Assembly: GCA_963662545.2 (NCBI GenBank)
Contig: CAXXLL010000003.1
Coordinates: 1,760,001 to 1,824,000, forward strand
Length of the DNA stretch: 64,000 nucleotides
Origin: Gammaproteobacteria bacterium
GTDB lineage: Bacteria > Pseudomonadota > Gammaproteobacteria > Ga0077536
Reading direction: 5' to 3'
The position numbers were made by a program, and so were the translations under genes. Below the pieces are notes generated by a model. That model saw only the letters and a list, made by a program, of their open reading frames with translations, searched no databases and had not been told where the DNA came from. Shown here piece after piece: positions 57,970 through 64,000 of this stretch. Every line of letters starts with the position of its first letter. Position 1 is the stretch's first letter.

Positions 57970-60522
57970 ATGAAGAAAAATTTCGTCAGCGCGGGCGCTT
58001 TCTCTCAGCTCATCGAGCGCATTCCGCGGCGGATTTTAATCGCCGCCATCGCGGGCATGCTTTTGCTGATCGTCGGCGGCATCCTGGTCAATATCCTCTA
58101 TAGCAGCAAGAGTGGGTCCACCAGCAAAGCGGTGGCTTCCGCCTACCAGGAACTCGCCCGTGGCCTCGCCATCGAAATTTCGGTTGCGCTCGATCCGTAT
58201 GAACTGGCCCTCGAGGAGATCGCCGCCAATGCCGATGTCCGGGCCGCGCTGTCGGCCGGCGATACCGATGCGTTGAGTGCCTTCGGTACACAGCTTGCCC
58301 CCCCACTCGATGGCGTACTCAAGCTTCGCATCCTCCTGCCCAACTGGCGCGACCCGGAGCCCAATGCAGTTCCGCCGCTGACTTTCGCGTCGATATCGAT
58401 GATCAAGAAAGCCCGCGACACGGGTCACGACGTGCCAACGGAAGTGCACCTCGCGGGAAACGAAAACGAACACGTCGTTTTCCTCAAGCGGATCGAGGCG
58501 CTGAAGGAGACAGCCGATGTTTTCCAGTTCGCTGGTTTTCTTCACCTGAGTGTCGATCCCGACGTCGTACGTCGAACCCTTACGGCTAATCCGCCGGCCG
58601 ATGTATTTGTTGAAATTCGCCAGGGTCCGGGTGTCGCCATTGCATCGAGCGGCATCCAACCCCAGAGCGACTCGCCCTCGACGAGCACGAACGTCAAAGG
58701 CACCCGCATGGCAGTCATATTGAAGGCGACGGGCATGGTCGAGAGCGGCAGCGCATCTGAATCCGGCGGCGGTTCGATATTGATGGGTTTCGCGCTGCTC
58801 GGGGCTGTCGCTGCGGGCTTATGGGTCTATCTGTCCCGGCGCGGCACGGGTGTCACCGTCGGCAGCCTGCCGAGCGACGCCGTGATATTCCAGGGCGCCA
58901 TCAAAGCGATCCTGGATGGCGCCCATCCCGGACTCGAACAATTGCTCCCCGGTGCAGCCGGCGGCGGTGCTAGCCTGGATCTCGAAGTCCTCGCTGAACG
59001 CGCCGAGCTTGAGGACGCGACGAAAATCAAAAGCGCGAGCGCGCCCGACGAAGATACGACCGTACCCCGAACCGGCGAGGATGTGCCGCCGCTCGGTGAC
59101 GTCAAAGCCGCAGCCGAAACGCCGGAGGAGACCAAAGAGGCCGCCAACATTCCGTCCTCGATATTCCGTACCTACGATATCCGCGGGATCGTCGACGAAA
59201 CCCTGACTGAGGAGGGGGTGTATTTCATCGGCCGGGCGCTCGGCGCCGAAGCCGAAGTGCGCGGCCAAAAAACGATCGTCGTTGCGCGCGACGGTCGGCA
59301 TTCGAGCGAGCTTTTGAGAGACGCGCTGACGAAAGGACTGCTCGAATCCGGGCGCGACGTACTGGACATCGGCTTGACTCCGACGCCGGTGCTTTATTTC
59401 GCGACTCATTATCTCGATGCTCACAGCGGAGTCATGATCACCGGCAGCCACAATCCTCCGACCTACAATGGGCTCAAGATAGTGCTCGACGGTGAAACCT
59501 TGTCCGGCGACGCGATCCAGGCGATTCGTCGCCGCATCGAGACCCAGGAATTCGTCGACGGTACGGGCTCCATGCAGTCGGCCGAAATCGTGCCGGATTA
59601 CATACGGCGGATCAGCGAAGAGATCCCCGTTACGCTTGGCAACGCACTCAAGGTGGTCGTCGATTGCGGCAACAGCGTTCCCGGCATCGTCGCGCCGGCC
59701 ATACTGCGGGCCATCGGGCACGATGTGATCGAGCTTTTCTGCGAAGTGGACGGCGATTTTCCCAATCACCACCCCGACCCATCGCAACCCGAGAACCTGC
59801 AATCGCTGATCGATACAGTCGCCGAGGAGAGCGCCGATCTTGGTTTGGCTTTCGACGGCGACGGCGATCGTCTTGGAGTGATCGATGGCGAAGGCAATAT
59901 CATCTGGCCGGATCGACAAATGATCCTATTTGCCCGTGACGTTCTGAGTCGCAATCCTGGGGCGAAGATTATTTTTGACGTGAAATGCTCACGCCTGCTC
60001 ACATCCGAGATCACCGCGCACGGTGGGGAACCGATCATGTCAAAGACCGGTCATTCGCTGATCAAAGCAAAAATGGTCGAAACCGGTGCCCTGCTGGCTG
60101 GCGAGATGAGCGGGCATATCTTTTTCAAGGAACGCTGGTACGGATTCGACGACGCGCTATATGCGGCAGCAAGATTGCTCGAGATCCTGGTGAACAGCAG
60201 CGAGTCGCCGGCGGAAGTTTTTGCGGGCCTCCCGGCTGGTGTGGCTACGCCCGAACTGCGCCTCGACATGCCCGAAGAGCGCCATGTCGAATTCATGCAG
60301 AAGGTTCTGGCGAGCGCTAGTTTCGATGACGCTGAAGTTAGCACAGTGGACGGTCTGCGCGTCGATCTCAGCGATTCATGGGGTCTGATTCGAGCGTCGA
60401 ATACCACGCCCTGCCTCATCTTGAGATTTGAGGGCGACGATGAAGCTGCGCTCGAAAACGTGAAGAAACGCTTTCGCGATCTGCTGACCGGTATCGATGC
60501 CGGTCTGTCACTGCCATTTTGA
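57970..60522 (+). CDS. algC: Phosphomannomutase/phosphoglucomutase with N-terminal two-TM periplasmic extension
   Basis: FRTYDIRG, TGSHNP, DGDGDR, GEMSGH; ~390-aa extension. Confidence 0.92.
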   Translation: MKKNFVSAGAFSQLIERIPRRILIAAIAGMLLLIVGGILVNILYSSKSGSTSKAVASAYQELARGLAIEISVALDPYELALEEIAANADVRAALSAGDTDALSAFGTQLAPPLDGVLKLRILLPNWRDPEPNAVPPLTFASISMIKKARDTGHDVPTEVHLAGNENEHVVFLKRIEALKETADVFQFAGFLHLSVDPDVVRRTLTANPPADVFVEIRQGPGVAIASSGIQPQSDSPSTSTNVKGTRMAVILKATGMVESGSASESGGGSILMGFALLGAVAAGLWVYLSRRGTGVTVGSLPSDAVIFQGAIKAILDGAHPGLEQLLPGAAGGGASLDLEVLAERAELEDATKIKSASAPDEDTTVPRTGEDVPPLGDVKAAAETPEETKEAANIPSSIFRTYDIRGIVDETLTEEGVYFIGRALGAEAEVRGQKTIVVARDGRHSSELLRDALTKGLLESGRDVLDIGLTPTPVLYFATHYLDAHSGVMITGSHNPPTYNGLKIVLDGETLSGDAIQAIRRRIETQEFVDGTGSMQSAEIVPDYIRRISEEIPVTLGNALKVVVDCGNSVPGIVAPAILRAIGHDVIELFCEVDGDFPNHHPDPSQPENLQSLIDTVAEESADLGLAFDGDGDRLGVIDGEGNIIWPDRQMILFARDVLSRNPGAKIIFDVKCSRLLTSEITAHGGEPIMSKTGHSLIKAKMVETGALLAGEMSGHIFFKERWYGFDDALYAAARLLEILVNSSESPAEVFAGLPAGVATPELRLDMPEERHVEFMQKVLASASFDDAEVSTVDGLRVDLSDSWGLIRASNTTPCLILRFEGDDEAALENVKKRFRDLLTGIDAGLSLPF

Positions 60523-61467
<945 letters not shown>

Positions 61468-61470
61468 TGT

Positions 61471-62058
61471 GTGAAAACAAACCGCCGGCGTCAGATCCTC
61501 GAAGTACTCGCAAGTGAACTCGAAACCAAGCCGGGCTCGCGTGTCACGACGGCAACGCTGGCTTCAGCGGTAGGTGTCTCTGAAGCCGCGCTGTACCGAC
61601 ATTTCGCCAGCAAAGCGAAGATGTTCGAGGCTTTGATCGAGTTTGCCGAGGATTCGATCTTCAGCCTTTTCAACCAGGTGATGGAGGAGCAGAAAGACGC
61701 CCGCACGCGCTGCTTGCATCTGTCGACGGCGCTACTCGAGTTTGCCGAACGAAATCCCGGGATCGCCAGGGTACTGGTCGGCGACATTCTCGTCGGCGAG
61801 CACGAACGCCTGCGCGTCCGAGTTTCCCAATTTTTTGCACGTGTTGAAACCCAATTCAAGCAGGTGTTTCGCGAAGCTGCCCTGACCGATGGTCGAGCAC
61901 GAGACAGCAGCACCGTTGCCGCGATGGCGAATCTGCTGCTGTGCGTGGTCGCCGGGCGGCTCGATCAATTCATCCGCACGGATTTCGAAGCCCTGCCGGC
62001 GCGGGGCTGGGCTACGCAGTGGCAGTTGTTGTGCGCGGGGTTGTTCCAGGAGGGATGA
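61471..62058 (+). CDS. slmA: Nucleoid occlusion factor (TetR family)
   Basis: TTATLA..VGVSEAALYRHF.SKAKMFE; follows argB. Confidence 0.9.
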   Translation: MKTNRRRQILEVLASELETKPGSRVTTATLASAVGVSEAALYRHFASKAKMFEALIEFAEDSIFSLFNQVMEEQKDARTRCLHLSTALLEFAERNPGIARVLVGDILVGEHERLRVRVSQFFARVETQFKQVFREAALTDGRARDSSTVAAMANLLLCVVAGRLDQFIRTDFEALPARGWATQWQLLCAGLFQEG

Positions 62059-62186
62059 GGTGTGGCGTTTCCGCGCGAACCGGGTCTCGCGTTGTGAGGC
62101 GTTTGAGCATAAAACCACTTTGCCCTGCGCCTTGTCATCAACGTTTTCAGAATGCAACGCGTACGCGAATAATTTTGCGATAGATT

Positions 62187-62822
62187 TTAGTTCAGACCTT
62201 TTAGTTCCCTGAAGCGCTCGATGTCGCTTGCGAATCGTTGGCGGATGCTTTCTTGTTCCTGTCGTTGTTTCGCGATAAATCTTTCGTTTTCGGATATCTG
62301 ATCACGGACGCTTTCGATATTTGAAACCATTTCTTCGCCGGGCGTCTCGCCGCGCCGCTCAACGTCGGCTGCGCGCTCGATCATCTGGTCGCGGTTCTTT
62401 TCGAGTTTGTCGATATGGCCCCGCGTCAGGCGGATTTGCGATTCCAGGTGGGCGATCTGGCCGTCGCGAGTCAGGATCAAATCATCCTCGGATGCGAATG
62501 TGAGTAGCAAGACGCGGTCGATATCCGCACGCTTCTTCTCTTCGAGGGCCTTTTGCTCCTCTATTTTCGTCTGCGCGCGCTCGGCTGCAAGCTCTTCCCT
62601 GGATTTTGCGCGGTCGTGTGTTTCGATCGTCATGCCGCGGCTGTCCTTGGTTTCGTGCTCTTGCTGAGAGTATTCCGGCGGTACCGAATCACCGCATTCA
62701 CGGACGCCTTCGTTGTTCTTCCAGCACTTGATCGCCGCCTCGGCATGAAGCGTAGCGAACAAAGCTAATAGCGCGATGGTCATGATCCATCTCGTCATCA
62801 GTCGTTTGCGTTTCGCTTTCAT
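62187..62822 (-). CDS. Secreted DUF4124-like coiled-coil protein
   Basis: Signal peptide, IKCW..EG..CGDSVPPEY, DRVLL.TF..EDD. Confidence 0.75.
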   Translation of the reverse strand: MKAKRKRLMTRWIMTIALLALFATLHAEAAIKCWKNNEGVRECGDSVPPEYSQQEHETKDSRGMTIETHDRAKSREELAAERAQTKIEEQKALEEKKRADIDRVLLLTFASEDDLILTRDGQIAHLESQIRLTRGHIDKLEKNRDQMIERAADVERRGETPGEEMVSNIESVRDQISENERFIAKQRQEQESIRQRFASDIERFRELKGLN

Positions 62823-63379
62823 AATCTCACCCGTCGCGTCTTTCCGGTGGATTCGCTATTTTCGGCGAGTATAGTACCGCACGCTGAACGACGACTGAAC
62901 GCCAGCCCGCATTTCTCACCACCCTCCTGCAGGCGCCGATCCGCTCGCTGTGGCGGGGCGTACTTGCTCCAGCGCCGGATGGCGGTGTTGAGGGGGTAAG
63001 AAACGTCGACGGGGTCTTGAATCTGTTATGAACTTGCGACGCCGATAAGCATCATGAGCACTCGAACGGTGATCCATCAGCTCAGCATCCACCCCTCCAC
63101 GACCTCTCGGTTCAACCTAAGTCCGACGGGCTGCTAGGGGGATGCATTCCCTATCACCGACGGACCGGACTGTGCGATTCCCCAGCTCGCCGCGCGGGCG
63201 ATTTGCGGGACACCGTTGAATACCGGCATCCTCCGCGTTCACTTGTCGAGCCGGTACTCGCTCGGCGACATGCCGGAACCGCGCAAACCGCGGGATCCGA
63301 ATTGCTTACGCGCCCGGCAGCCGGAGTACGTGCTTTGCCCGATCGAGGCGGGACACGCGCGTTCGAGGCAGCGACTGCT

Positions 63380-64000
63380 CGCGAGTCACGGCGTCGTGCA
63401 TCAGGCTGCGACCTCCAAAGACTCCCACTCACCGGAAATGGACTTCTGGCCGGCGCGCTCCCGGTTGCTGCCCCCCCAGATCGCGATCGCAATACCAAGC
63501 GCGTGCGAGGGCGCGAAACCCACCTGCCCGGACAGCTCGACCGACGGGCGCAGCGTGCGCTGGAAGACCACGTGCCAGCGGACGTCGGCATACGACGCCG
63601 CCGTGCCCGCTTCGCTCGCACACCACGTCGTCGAGGCGGTGCGGCGCCGATATCGGATGGTGTTCACCCGCGCCACCGACCTCGTTTGCGAGTTACTCGA
63701 AGCATGCGATGAGCGTACCCTGACTCGACTGCTCCAGCGATACCGTAGGGTAAATCTATTGATCATCGATGAGCTGGGGTTCGTGCCCTTTGAGCGCGCC
63801 GGCAGAGAGCTGCTGTTCAATCTGCTCAGCGACCGCTACGAGTGCCGCGCCACCGTCGTCACGACCAATCTCGCCTTCGGAGAATGGGTGGCGGTGTTCG
63901 GTGATGAGAAGCTCCCCACCGCAATGCTCGACCGACTGGGTCATCACGCGCATGTGTTGGCCACCCGTGGCACGTCCTATCGGTCTCTCCGAGGCAAGAC
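63380..64000 (+). pseudogene. IS21-family remnant (istA tail joined to istB 3' half)
   Basis: From 63627: LLIIDELGFVP, LLFNLLSDRYE, TTNL.F.EW, AMLDRL.HH; Walker A absent; left boundary approximate. Confidence 0.82.

Noticed and set aside
62867-62874. GAGTATAG as another oriIS end
   Set aside because: Lacks the GAA continuation; better explained as a TATACT -10 box for the minus-strand gene

Overview
GC-rich gammaproteobacterial chromosomal window. The core backbone runs bioB-F-C-D, an aa3-type cytochrome c oxidase cluster, rpoH (with a perfect CIRCE), ftsXEY, two M16 peptidases, rsmD-coaD-ferredoxin-ggt, and later mutM, a GldAFG-like ABC system, desA, rpmG-rpmB, radC, coaBC, a long algC, argB and slmA. 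A ~27 kb accessory region (about 22.5-49.9 kb) lies between ggt and mutM. Its left part is a mosaic: IS91-like oriIS repeats around a sigma54-driven PEP-CTERM gene, a second diverged mutM next to an IS3 stub, two IS4 copies each inserted at the same base of a palindromic repeat, a HiPIP gene and an orphan integron-type cassette. Its right part is a ~16 kb methylamine/N-methylglutamate (NMG) operon. That operon has unusual extras: a second glutamine-synthetase-like ligase, an extra FAD oxidoreductase, an unknown 130-aa protein and a free-standing B3/4 tRNA-editing-domain protein. The most novel candidate is this B3/4 protein, which may be a trans-editing deacylase protecting translation from methylated Glu/Gln analogues made by the pathway (inference, untested). 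No rRNA, tRNA or CRISPR array was seen. All calls come from reading motifs by eye; no database search was run.
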